A stretch of DNA of 64,000 bases from the human T2T-CHM13v2.0 reference genome, Homo sapiens. This document shows, in pieces, positions 13,330-28,833 of this stretch. Where the stretch lies: NCBI RefSeq assembly GCF_009914755.1, contig NC_060925.1, one strand, 5' to 3'. Both the position numbers and the translations under genes were made by a program. Within the stretch, counting starts at the first letter, position 1; every line of letters begins with the position of its first letter. The notes under the pieces are model-generated. The model was not told the origin of the DNA and ran no database searches. It saw nothing but the letters and a program-made list of their open reading frames with translations.

Positions 13330-13664
13330 CTATGGTTCCAATTTATCCACAGGGGATACTCTAGTGAATGCCTGTAGCTGCAAATAGTACCAAACCTTAC
13401 AAATACTGTGTTTTTCCCTATACAAACATAAATGTGGTAAAGTTTAATGTATAAATTAGGCACAGTAAGAGGTTAACAATAAGTAATAAAACAGAACAAT
13501 TATAAAAAATACGACATAAAAGTCACAGGAATGTGATCCCTCTCTCTCTTTCCCAAAATATCTTACTGTACTCCACTCATCTATTTTTGAACAACATTGA
13601 CCCTCGGTAACGGAGAAGATAACTGAAACCACAGAAGGCAAAACCGTGGATAGGAAGACTACTG
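13330..13664. mobile_element. MER44A-like non-autonomous Tigger element
   Basis: ttatccacaggggatac...aaattaggcacagtaagag...aactgaaaccacagaaggcaaaaccgtggataggaagactactg (TIR). Confidence 0.85.
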
Positions 13665-13877
13665 TGTGCAATTAAAATCAAGTAGATATTCTAGAAGAGA
13701 AACTTTTGCCTTTTGATTTTTCTTTACAATTGGCATTCCCTTATATTTTATCTGTAATTGAATCATCTGCAAATAGAAATTGTGTCTCCTTTCTGAGTGA
13801 TGAAACTCATTTTTTTCAGTTGCATTTCTTAACTTTGAATGTGACTATACCATGTAAAGTAATAATGTGATTGAACA

Positions 13878-13961
13878 TTATTATGGGCTAAATTGTGTCT
13901 CTTTCCAAAATCATATGGTGAAGACTTGACTTCCAATATGGCTCTATTTTGAGAGAGGACC
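13878..13961 (+). mobile_element. MLT1 LTR 5' fragment
   Basis: ttatgggctaaattgtgtctc...caaaatcatatggtgaag. Confidence 0.6.
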
Positions 13962-14826
13962 TAGGTTTCAATTTTTACTTAATTATTCTTTGGTATATAA
14001 GTTACTGTGTGGGTTGTTTATTTTTTCTTATAATTTAGACTTTTATCATTTTTGTTATTAAATTGTAAGGTTCATATTTATATATGTATGACTGCATATT
14101 TGGTATGTGTCAATATAACATAAAAATAACATTGCTTGAAAAAATATGTTCTATAGAGAATTTTTTCAGGCTTTCTCAGTAACCTAACACATAAGATCAT
14201 ACACACTTATATACACCCACACACATTTCATCTGTAGTACTAATTATTATTTGTTATTTTGCTGGAAATGGATGCCAGAGACCCAATGATTTACTGGGGC
14301 TCATGCTTACAAGACATCACAATTATAGAAGTTGAAGCAACATTTGGCTGTCTGGTGGGACAGACATTGTGGACATGATGTGCCCAGCAGATAGTGTGAG
14401 TTAGGGCCAAGATCCTTTTCCTACATTAATGCTACTGTTTTGACATCTCATCAACTAAAGTTGAGAGTATGGCCTACCCCAAAAACTAATGAGAAAGAAT
14501 GTCTGTATTTTCTTTTTTCTGTACTTCCTCTAAGTACACCTGCACTTTCTCACAATCCCTAGAATATGGTAAATATTGATGAAATGCAGCAAAATCAAGA
14601 AAGCCTCAGAACAAAACCTGGCAAATAAAAATGTATTTCATTTCAATAGTAAACTGAATTTTCTACAGTGCATTTTCAGAAGTGCAGTAATATTGCCCAC
14701 AGAATTAGTATTGCCAACTGACTTGAGGGTCTCACTTAAACAGCAGGTGATTTATATCTCTACTTTATTTATTTTTTTAAGTCCTGCTGACTCATGCTTT
14801 ATGACCTTGGCCAGAGCTCCATCCAC

Positions 14827-14827
<1 letters not shown>

Positions 14828-14868
<41 letters not shown>
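14828..14868. repeat. Poly(A)41 tract
   Basis: 41 uninterrupted A. Confidence 0.95.
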
Positions 14869-14870
<2 letters not shown>

Positions 14871-17800
14871 CTATCACAGGTTCAAAAATAAGTGAAGATA
14901 ACTTAAAACTGACTTGATTTGCTTTAATCGCCAAATTAGCACATAATCACGAGATAAATTATATAAGTTAATGTTATATGAGATTGTAATTATGCTCCAG
15001 TATATTCAGACTTTCTCTTAGAAGTGACTGTGAAGTTGGTTGTCCAATTGAACCCAGGTGGAATGAGTAACTTATCAAGTCAAAAGAAGAGTACAGACGT
15101 ACAGGCTCAATTTTTTATACCACTGACTGAGGAAGAAACCATATGGTGACTCAAGGATATACCAAAAACCATATAAGACATTTACTACTATACCACATTT
15201 ACATATTTCCATGTTCTAGGCATAAAAAATCTCCAGGCATTTTTCTTTTTCTTTTTCTTTTCTTTTTTTCCTGAGTAATGAGCTAAAATTAAAAGAAACT
15301 TAAAGAGGATCCGTGTCTTTAAAATAATCACTTTTAAGTTGATGAAAACTGAGGGAAAGACTTGATTATGGTAAGGTTCTAGTGTGTAAGCATAGTCCAC
15401 TCCCAATATATCTAACAAATATTTTGAGAAGCTCTGCTTAAGAGCTGTAAGCTAGACTCTTGTGACTACATCATGTAACTATTATAAATTTATTTTGATA
15501 AAGAAGACATGCCTAATTACACTGTTAGATTTTCTGGCTGTTGAATAGTTATCATAAAATTTCACCCTTTACCTTTCCTTTTACCCCCCTACATTCAAAG
15601 ATAACTCTTTATGACCAATTTTAGCTTAAATATATTACATATTTTAAATATAAGTAGTCAGGAAGGCTTCGAACGAATATGTGAAGTTGGCAGCAGGGGC
15701 TAGAAAGTGAATAAGAATTCTTCCAAAGCCTGCCACGAACCATCTTGCACAGTACCAATAGGTTGAGAGCTTAAATAAGAACAGTTATTTTAATAATGTT
15801 AAAATAGAAAGTCACAATATTTTATTAAAGGAGCAATTATACTTATAACAAGCCAGTAATTGAAAAGTTACCACACTCATTCAATTTTACAGTGGGAGAA
15901 TAAAACAGTGATAAAAAACACTTAAAATACAATTTCAAAACATTAACCATTTAATATTACATATATATTTCACTACTCCACATATAAAATTTTCATTTTT
16001 CATTATTTCATTGATGAAATGTCCAACTCATGCACAATTATTAAAAACATCCAAATACCTTTATTTTCCTTCTTATAAATGTGATTTTTCTTGGTTCTAT
16101 AAGACACCTGGCCAATCTATATTCTTTTTCTTTGTGCAATTTTGGACTTTGGGCCTTTCTGCAAAAATTTGATTTAAGTAATTTATTTTTAATCATGTCG
16201 TTCATTTCACTTTGACACAATTAAGAGAAAAGAAAAACTGCATAAGATGCAAAATGAAGCAACAAGATCATAACTTAAATTGTAAAAAGTAATATATAAT
16301 ATAGAAAATATTTTCAAATGCTCTAGTAAAAAATGGTAGGCTCAGATTATCTCAAAATAACAATAATTTACAATGAAGTTCTGCTAATAACAGAAAATAA
16401 GATGGCCATGTGACTTTTGATTCTCAATTTATGTAATCATCATAGCTTTTTAAAAACTCTAATAATTTGAATAGCCATGGGGTCAAAATGGGTCTCAAAT
16501 GTAATGAGAATTTATAAAAGCAAAATGGACAAATTGAGAATGCACGACATTTGACACTATAAAGGTGTGTGTGTAAGAGTATATGATTTTCCCTTAACAC
16601 ATCTTTAAAGATTTTTTTCTACTAAATATCTATAAAACATGTTTTTCAAACCCAACCTATACAATATTTTCACAAGAAAAAAGCAACTGAAGCTACTTTA
16701 TTAACTTTATTTCAATCTCATGAATAGACTGGGAATTCAACCATTTTCAAGAGTGCATTTCCTTTTAATAATGTTGGCCATGTAATAAAAACTAATATGT
16801 AGGATAAAATAAAATAATTACATTAAAGTCATCTTACAGAACATTGACCATAGTATAATGTCTATCTTTTATTGATTGCAACATATGTGCATATACATGT
16901 ACAACTAAAAGGCACCAGGACTCCAAAGGTCATTTTTCTACTAAAGTTTAACATCTTTATGTATCAGCTTTGGAAGGTGATTAATTCTTGTCATTTTTAT
17001 AACAATAAAACACTTGTTCAATACTTATGTATAAATGAAAGTATAAAGAAATAGAGGAATCAATCAGTTAAAAGTTTAACTTTTATCAGTCATAAGAATA
17101 AAATTTAAAAAGTTTATTCTTTAAAGAGCAAAATTGATAAATTAACAACTTATAAATTTATTTTCAAAGGATTTGGATCTTTTTAAAATTTATCTGAAAA
17201 ATGAGAGAAATATGTTAAAAATACTAGAAAAAATATATATATACTGGCCCCCTGGAACTCTGAAAATAACATAACAGGCATTTCCTGATGAACACTAGCA
17301 AATTGCTACTGATTTATTTAATTTACATAGTGACACCACGCCCTAGTCTATTTCCCAATAATATAACTAAAATAGTCACATACACGTAAAATGCTTAAAC
17401 CAGTTTTTTGATGACTAAAGTATTAATATATTATTAACAGTTGCTTTGAATGTTTATAACATTGTTTCCCTTTCCCTTTGCCTTCTTTTGCCCAAGTTTA
17501 TTCTTGTGCAACATTCTTGAGTCTTTTGATATCCATTGCACACTTTAACAAAAATATGGTCTAAGTATGCAAGACAATGTAGAAATGCATTCTGAACAAA
17601 CACACAATTGCAGATAATTATTTCACTGGGAATGACATTGTGATGTTTTTCTTAAAGCCAACAAAATTCAAGATAGTAAAACCTTAGTTAACACACAATG
17701 AGTTTTTCAAATAGCTAAATGGAGTGACTAGTTGTCACCAATTGAATTTTAAATGCAGTTCTAGAATTTCCCCATATGTATTTAATATTCTGTTTATATT

Positions 17801-18580
<780 letters not shown>

Positions 18581-21399
18581 AAAGGGAATTTTGTCTCATA
18601 TTTGCTCAAGTATATGGAATTTAAATTACATTCATATATCATATTTAATATAATAAGATGGAAACATTGGCAGAAGATCAAAAAGGGAGCATATGCTAAG
18701 AAATGTTTGGAAATCAGCAATGATTAATTTTATACCCAAGGACATCGGTTCTGCCATATACCTACCTCTGTTCAAGTCTAACATCTTTTGAAGCAGTATT
18801 TAAACTATGTCTTATGTAAAGTAACAGAAGTCTTCTCACAAAGAGCTTTATTTATTTTAATATTCCCTTCTTAAAGTCAGACCATCCTGACTGACATCCT
18901 ATTTCACATGACACTTCTAAGCTGTGAATTTGCCATACATTTGTATAAATAGTGTTTAATTTAAATAACAAAATGTATGTTCTAACATCATTGGGGGCAT
19001 TAAATTAGCTAATAAATAAAAAAAAGGTCTGTTTTATAACCCACCAGAATAATGACTATCAAGAAATATTATTACCAATCCCTGTCTTTTTTTAAATTTT
19101 CTGTCTCATTTTGACTATTTGGCCTGGAAGTTTTCAAATAAAATTCACAATTTTTTCTACCATGAAAAAATGTTCATTTATTATTATTCTTCCAAACATG
19201 TTTGCAGCACCATAACTAAGTCTATGTTAATGCATATATATTTGTTCAGTTTACAATTTAGTACGTGAAGGAAACTTTGCCACACAGGTAAATGACTACA
19301 ATCAATTAAATAAAATACATGTCTTCCAAAGACTATTTGAATTATAATACTGATGGAATAAATATCTTTCAGTTTTGCATAGATTATCTTTAAAAATACA
19401 AAAAACATATTTAATATTACAATATAGTACAGGGTAAAATCAATCACATATTTGACTTTTAAATTTTTTGACAGGTATTAATTTTATTATTTTATTTTAT
19501 CAGTTAGTATAAAAATTTCCATTGATTTTGTCAGATCCATAATATGGACTTTATTATAGCAAATAGTGCTGAGTCTTTATTTAAATACAGTTAAATTTCT
19601 ACTACAACTTCTGTGCACATAATAATCGTTATTATATCAAATTGGCAACTTTAAAAACATGTTGTAACTAAGTAATATTGTTTTTATTATTACTAATTTT
19701 TTTAAAAATTAAAATGCAAGCACAGAGTTAATAGGGGAAGGTATGTGAAGGGGGAGCAAAGGTCACAGACACAGTGGCTCCTTTGGGCACTCTGACCTGG
19801 AACCCAAGGATATGGGTCTTCCATTGCCCACTGAATGTGGACCTTCATGCCTTATGTCTTGATAGTTCGATGGGAGAGGCCTCGATGATCCTCTGATCAT
19901 CATACTTCTATTACATTTATCAAAAATGTAATTCACAATGTTTCAGGACTGATGCCGTTTTCTCACTTTGTTGATAATTTTGTCCATAAATTCTACCCAA
20001 TAAATATTTATTGTGCACAAAAACCTATAAAATTTCACAAGTCTACTTGTTATAATTTAATTAAATTATAAAAATTGGAATACTGATCTATGATACTCTA
20101 AATTTTTAAAGAAAATTTTCCTCATTTAGAAGAATAATTTGATATGTAAATATGTGTGGTTTGCTTAATAATTAAACTAATTTTGTAAAATATAGAACTA
20201 AATTCTCATGTTGAATAATATGAAGGTAAAGAAGAAAACACTAATTGGCAAACTAATAACTGACAAAACATAATGTAATGCGAACTGTAAAATATTGAGA
20301 CTTTGAATCAATCAAAAAGATAACACATTACTTAAAGCCAAAATTTCCCAAGCATAATCTTACCTGAAAATAGCTTCATGGAATGCATAAAATAAAATAA
20401 TTTGTCAATCATACGAAGTTTAGAGTGTAATTTTTTAATACTTTAGAGGAGATAAGCATACTAGCAATTTTTCAAATGTATGAAGAGAATACATAAAATG
20501 TGAACAATTTACTGCTAAAACTGAACTTCCTAAGCTTTTTCTTAGTATAATGTCCATGATTGTCTAGAGATTTGCATAAAAAGATCAAAATGATGAAGTG
20601 ATTATTCACAGATTCAAAATTTCAATCATACCATCTGTAGGTGGTCTCAATAATGAGATCCTCATTGCCTAAAGGGAGTGAAAAAGCGGCTGGCTGGATT
20701 CTTGCAAAATTAGTGGAAATAGTAGATGTAAGGATAGTTTCTCCAATCATGAAATTAACTTTTGTTAGTACATGTCTCAAACAATTAGCTCTTTTTAACA
20801 TGAAAATAAATACTATACAGATAAAACTATGAGGTTATTTGCAATGCCACTTATACATTATATGATTAACTATATAAATATCTTGATGTTTGCAATTTAT
20901 ATAGAACTGTCATCTTCTCAATTTAATCTTGATTACAAAGACTTTACTCATAAACATATTTTAAAACAGGCGTATAAGAAATACCAGCCAAAGCCCCCAT
21001 CTCATACAAATTTCCCCTGTGTTGCTCAGACAGGAAAATGAATATGATACAGTGATCATTAGATACTGGTGAGAAAATAGAGCCATAGGCCTAAAATCTT
21101 TAGGAAGAGCTTAAGTTATGGATTATAATTTATCATGCTAGAATAGAGACTAAGAACTAAACATATTATAAAGTCAATTGGCAAGCTTGGATCTCTTAGG
21201 ACAATAATCACCAATAAATCCACTTCATAGTTCAATGAATATATTATATTACATGGACAAATGATGGGGGAGTCCATCACTTACATGATATAGTGTTTAC
21301 AACGTAAAAATTTATTTAAACAAAGAATTATCATTGGTCACAGGTCAATAATAGTCCCAGGGCATCTATCAAAATAAAATTCAAATAATTTGGAGAATA

Positions 21400-21923
21400 T
21401 TTCTAAAACTTAGATTATACCACAATCCTGGTGAATAAAAGTAAGTATTTAATGAAATATAACTTTTGTTTAAGACAGAAATAACAATTTTTAGTGATTA
21501 TAGTATGTAGAAATTCAAATGAATTACAGCAATGTCAAAGAAGGGAAAGGAGTGATTGGGAATATTCTTTTATAAGATATTTATACTACACATGAAATAT
21601 TGGAGGACTTAGATTATCAAAGAATTAGTATTATAAACTCTAAAGCAACTTTCACATAAAAGGAGGTAAAATGGAATTATATAAAATATTCAGTTAAAAC
21701 CAGAGAACAGAGAAAGGAAACTCCTGGCAATAAATAGAAACCAAGTACAAACATAGTTCATGTTAATACAACTGTATTAATAATTGCTTAAATATGAATG
21801 GTCTAAGTACACCAATTTAAAGACAGATATTGTCAGAGAAGATTATTAAAAAAAACCCAATTTTATAAAGTCTGTATATAATAATTACACTTTAAATATA
21901 AAGACTCAGATAAATTAAAAGTG
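21400..21923 (+). mobile_element. Old L1 inter-ORF region and ORF2 start
   Basis: aatatgaatggtctaagtacaccaatttaaagacagatattgtcaga; cactttaaatataaagac. Confidence 0.7.
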
Positions 21924-21925
21924 TA

Positions 21926-23100
21926 GACCTGCTTTTTGAAAGATTGTGTCATTATTTTCTTTATTGCTCTTCATAAACACAATAAGAAACCCTAGACATT
22001 ATATATTTGGAGAAAAGGCGGACTAGCTAGGGGTTCTGGGTCCTGAAGAAAGACATGGTTCTCTAGGTTTTCCTTTTAGGTCTTATAATGTAGACTTGGG
22101 ACTGAGGAATCCAGGAACCTGGGATTGCAAAGTGGAAGAGATAAAAAAACACCTCTACAAAAGCCTGCTCTTTCTAGCTAAGGGATCAGGAAAGGAGCAG
22201 CCTAACAAGACAGAAATTTTAGAAAACACTGTTACTCTTGACATGCACCTATGACGGCAAATGCTCTATGGGGAGCCTAGAAATCCACCTTTATGAGCCT
22301 GTAATGAGCCACTTCAACATTATTGCCATAGTATTGTCAGATAGCTCCCATTAGAGAGACAAGACTTCCATTTGCAATGGCTAAAAATAAGGTTCTTCTC
22401 CCTCTATGGTGTCCATGGAAACATTATGAAGAGCTTAGACTTCTACACAAGTCTGGATATAATGTGGTGCCCTTTACCCTACCATTGGGAAGGTATCAGA
22501 GAAGGCCTATAGGATAGTCAGAGTCAGAATATTTTACATTGCCCAGTGGAAACGTGGTCACATCCACAGTGGTGTCAGTGGCGATCACATAAGTAGCCCA
22601 AATTTTCATGACTGGCCAGTGGGAACAGTAACAAGGCTGTGCCTTATTTCCCTTGCTAAAGTGCTGTTTGAAAAGTCAGCTTACTCAGAAGGCTCAAGAA
22701 AGATCTAGAATCGTACAATTTAATACAAAACTGTTCAGGTTTCCATCTTCACATAAGAAAAGGGACATCTCCAGCTGAATGAAAAGAGTCAATCATAGAT
22801 ACTGGCACCAAGAAGAAAGAATTATTAAATTATCTAATAAGACTTTTAAAGCAACCATCATAAAAAGCAAAAATCTCAGAAGGCGATTGTAAATATTTGA
22901 AACAAATTGTTTTAAAAACCTCACAAAAATAAGTCTCAGAAAAAAAAAGATGATAAAAAAGACTAAATGAAAGTGTTGGGATTGAAAATCCAATATCTGA
23001 AATAAAATCTCAATAAATGGGTTCAAGAGCAGATTGGAGAGAAAAAGAGTGAATCAGTGACCCAGAAGTTATAAAAATAACAATTACCCGATTTAAACAG
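21926..23100 (+). mobile_element. Old L1 (L1M) 5' UTR and ORF1 start
   Basis: aaccctagacattatat; aagacttttaaagcaaccatcataaaa; ctcaataaatgggttcaagagcagattgg. Confidence 0.7.
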
Positions 23101-23104
23101 TAAA

Positions 23105-24194
<1,090 letters not shown>

Positions 24195-24376
24195 CACTAT
24201 TTTTATACATTTTTTTCAGAAAATAGAAAAGAAGAAAGTACTCTTAAATTCATTTTATAAACTTAATGTTATCAAGATATCAAAACTCAACAGAGAAATA
24301 AAGAAAGAGAAAACTACAACCAAATATACTTGCTGAATATAGACACAAATATTCTTAACAAAATATTATCAAATAG
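24195..24376 (+). mobile_element. Old L1 ORF2 fragment (host of the nested stack, left half)
   Basis: gaaaactacaaccaaatatacttgctgaatatagacacaaatattcttaacaaaatattatcaaatag; continues at ~37605. Confidence 0.75.
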
Positions 24377-24646
24377 GCAGATTCTGTACTTCTGGTTTCC
24401 AGTTCTCCACGTAAAGAGATTTGAAATCACCATTAAGTTAAAAACCAAACAGGTTAAAAAAATAAGTACCTCTTCTTGATTTATAAAAGAGACGAGGACA
24501 AAGGCAAACTGAAGCCCCAAGACTGAAAAGTCAGACAAATACAGGGAGTTATGGCTGGAGCAGAGGCTTGTGAGTGAAAACTGCCACAGGATACAGTGCT
24601 AGGGTAGGAAAACACAAACTGTAATTAACAAGGTGCTGGAAGTTCA

Positions 24647-24970
<324 letters not shown>

Positions 24971-26975
24971 AAAACTTCAGGAGAACCCAGTCATAGGGGG
25001 ACACCACAGTTTTGTGGGTTTTGCCTCTAGGAGTGTGACCAGATTCTCACAGTAAATCCCGCTGTGTTTTAGCAGAAGACAAAAAGAGATTATTTTGAAA
25101 TATGCCAGAGCACTCTATTCCTAACAAGTTCTGCCCTCAAAAGAAACTATTTAACCCAGAGTCTAACCTCGTGGTGTTTTATCAAGACTGCCCTGAGGAT
25201 AAAAAAACACTAAACTTCACACAGCTGTACCCTTCCATGTGAGAAAAGGGAAATACAAAACTCTAGCTACTCAAGCCATCCTGTTCCACCTAAGAAGAAT
25301 TGAGAAGCATTTGTGAAGTTCACAGTCCAGAGACAGGCTCACTAAGAGACTGAAGTCTAATCATAAGGCTGTAAAATACTTTTCCTCCCCTCACACCTTA
25401 TGACCACATTACCAAAGACCTATTTATAGTTGTTTCTTTCACCTGATATATTATGTCTGGCTATCAAGAAAAAATTACAAGTTTTATTAAAAGGTAAAAA
25501 GCATATTTTGAAGAGATAAAGCATCAGAACCATACATGGCAGAGATGTTGAAATTATCAGGCTGAATGCATATATATATATATATCAATAAAAACTTCTA
25601 AAACTAAAAAGCAAAGAAAATAGAGGCTTAAACACACACACACAGACACATACACACCAGAAAATCAAAGGACTGTGTGACAACTACAAAGGTGTAATTG
25701 GGAGGCAGAGAAAGATGGCAGAACAGAAAGCTCCACCCACAAAGACACCAAGTTAACAACTATCTACACAGAAAAAACACCATTATAAGAACCAAAACTC
25801 TGGTGAACAGTCATAGTACCTGGTTTTAACTTCATATTGCCAAAAGAGGCACTGAAGATGTTGAAAAAACAGTGTTGAATCATCAGTGCCACCTGTGCTC
25901 CACCCTTGGAAGCCATGGCATGGTGTGTGGAGGGTCTCTGGGCACTGGGGGAGGGAGAACACAGCAATTATGAGTCCAAGTATTAAACTCAGTGTTTTCC
26001 TATCAAATCAGAAAAGAAAACCAGACCAAACTCAGCTGATGCTCACCCACAGGGGGAACATTTAAACCAGCCCTAGCCAGGGGAAAACTGCTGATCCCAG
26101 CAGACGGAACATGAGTGCTTGCAACCTTGCCACTGAGAGCTACAGTACTGTGTGTCTCCAAGTAAACTTGAAAGGCAGTCTGGGCTATAAGGACTGCAAC
26201 TTATAGGCGAGGCCTAGTGCTGAACTAGGCCCAGAGACAGTGAACTGGGAGGGCACACAACATACTGAGACGCCAGCTGGGGAAGCCAAGGGAATGTTGG
26301 CATCACCCTTCCTTAACCCCAAGCTGCACAGCTCATAGTTCCAGAAGAGACCCCTTCCTTTTGCTTGAGGAGAGAAGAGGGAAAAGTAGGGACGAATTTG
26401 TCTTACATCTAGGATACCAGCTCAGCCACAGTAGGATAGGGCAACCAGCTGGACGAGTGAGGCCCCTGCTTTAGGCATTAGCTCCCAGGCAACATTACTT
26501 GACACAACCTGGGCCAGAAGGGAACCTGCTGCCATCAAAGGAAGGACCCAATCTTGGAAGCATTCCTCACCTGCTAACCCAACAGCCACTGGGCCCTGAC
26601 CCATTGAGGGCCTTATGTGAGCCTTTGTGACTTGCTGGCTTTAGGTGAGACTCAGCACATTACCAGCTGTGGAGGTTACTGGGCAAAACTCGTCCTGCTT
26701 TAGAAAAGCAGAGGGAAAAGTAAAGGGCACTTTTTCTTCCACCTTAGGTACTAGCATGGCCACAGTGGGGCAGAGCACCAAGCAGGCTCCTGGGGTCCCC
26801 TATTCCATGACTTGACTCTTGGATGGCATTTCTGAACCTGCTCTGGGCCAGAGGGGAGCCCATTCCCCTGAAGGGTGAGTTCCATGCCAGGCAGCATTCA
26901 CCTCAGCTGACTTAAGAGCCCTGGGGTCTTAAGGAAACATTGGCTGGTAATCTAGTAGTACTCCTCATGACATGA

Positions 26976-27354
26976 TATACTAGTCTGTTTTCACACTGCT
27001 ACAAAGAACTGCCTGAGAGTGGATAATTTATAAATAAAAGAGGTTTAATTGACTCACAGTTTTGCATGGCTGGGGAGGCCTCAGGAAACTTACAATCATG
27101 GCAGAAGGGGAAGCAGGCACATTCTTCACAAGGCAGCAGGAGAATGAGAGAGCACAGGAAAAGCTGCCACTTGTAAAATCACTAGATCTCGTGAGAATTC
27201 ACTCACCACTACGAGAACAGCATGAGGGAAACTGCCCCCATAATCTAATCACTTCCCTTCCTTGACATTTGGGGATGACAGGTTCCTCCCTTGACATGTG
27301 GGGATTACAAATGGACATGAGATTTGGGTGGGGACACATAGCCAAACCATATCA
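26976..27354 (-). mobile_element. THE1D-like solo LTR (MaLR)
   Basis: aaaagaggtttaattgactcacag...ggaggcctcaggaaacttacaatcatgg...gagatttgggtggggacacatagccaaaccatatca. Confidence 0.9.
27241..27251 (+). promoter_or_regulatory. DUX4 consensus site TAATCTAATCA within the THE1D LTR
   Basis: Exact match to TAAYYYAATCA; function untested. Confidence 0.5.
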
Positions 27355-28733
27355 CCCAGTGTGGCAGTGGCTACAGGGTGAGACTTCTCCACCTTTAGAA
27401 AGGAGAGGGAAGAGAAGTTAGAGTTGCATCCTGTGGTTTGAGCGCCAGCTTAACCCCCAGAAAATAAAACACCAGGTATACTTCTAAGGTTTTTACTCTA
27501 GTCTCTGACTGTTGGACAGCACCTTAATCAACAAGATAAACAAGATTCTAAATAAACAAGATTGAAAATAAACAGTCTAATGATGCAACTTAAAGAACTA
27601 GAAAAGCAAGAGCAAACCAAAACCAAAATTAGTAGAAGAAAAGAAATAATAAAGATCAGAAGACAAATAAAATAAAATTGTAATAAAAAAAAGATTAAGG
27701 AAACAAATAGTTGCTTTTTGAAAAGGCAGAAAAAATTGACAAAACATTAGCCAGACTAATGAAGGAAAAAAAATAGAGAAGATCCAAATAAATAAAATCA
27801 GAAACGAAAACAAAGACATGTCAATGAATACTGTAGAAATTTAGTGACAGAATCATTAGTGGCTACTGTGAACAACTATATGCCAAGAAACTGGAAATTC
27901 TAGAAGTAGACAACTTTCTGGATACATATAACCTATCAAGATTAAACCAGGAAGAAATCTAAAACCAGAACAGACCAATAACAAGTAATGAGATCAAAGC
28001 AATAATAAAAAGTCTCCAAGTATAGAAAAGCCTGGGACCTCATGACTTTGCTGCTGAATTTTACCAAAAATTTCATGAAGAACAAATAGCAGTTCTACTC
28101 AAACTAATTAAAAAAAATAGAGGCGGAAGGAAGCCTTCCAAATTCATTCTTTAAAAAAAAAAAAAAGAGATAGAACTACAGGCCAGTATATCTGATTAAT
28201 ATTAATGACAAAATCCTCAACAAAATACTAGCAAACCAAATTCAACAATACATTGGAAAGATCATTCATCTTGACCAAGTGGGATTTATCCCTGGGATGT
28301 AAAGATGGTTCAACATATACAAATTAATCAATGATATATATCACATCAACAGAATAACGTATAACAAACATATGATCATTTCAATTGATAATGAAAAAGC
28401 ACTTGATTTCAACAAATTTGACATCCCTTTGTGATAAAAACTCTCAAAACACTGGCGATAGTATAAACATATCTCAGCATAATAAAAACCATAAACGACA
28501 GACCCACATCTAGTATCATACTGAATGGGGAAAAAGCCTTTCCTCTAAGATAGGAATGTGACAAGGATGCCCACTGTCACCACTGTATATTCAACACAGC
28601 ACTGGAAATCCTAGCTAGAGCAATCAGACAAGGGAAGGATACAAAGAGCATCCAAACTGGAAAGGAAGAAATCAGATTATCCTTGTTTGCAAATGATATG
28701 ATCTTATATTTGGAAAAACCTTAAAAAGACATG

Positions 28734-28833
28734 GGTGCAGCACACCAACATGGCACATGTATACATATGTAACAAACCTGCACGTTGTGCACATGTACCC
28801 TAGAACTTAAAGTATAATAAAATATATATATAT
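28734..28833 (+). mobile_element. ~100-bp 5'-truncated young L1PA (about PA3-5) 3' stub
   Basis: ggtgcagcacaccaacatggcacatg...gtaccctagaacttaaagtataataaaa; TSD aagacatg at 28726-28733 and 28834-28841. Confidence 0.9.

Noticed and set aside
14576-14934. Poly-K / poly-F ORFs
   Set aside because: Artefact of the A41 tract
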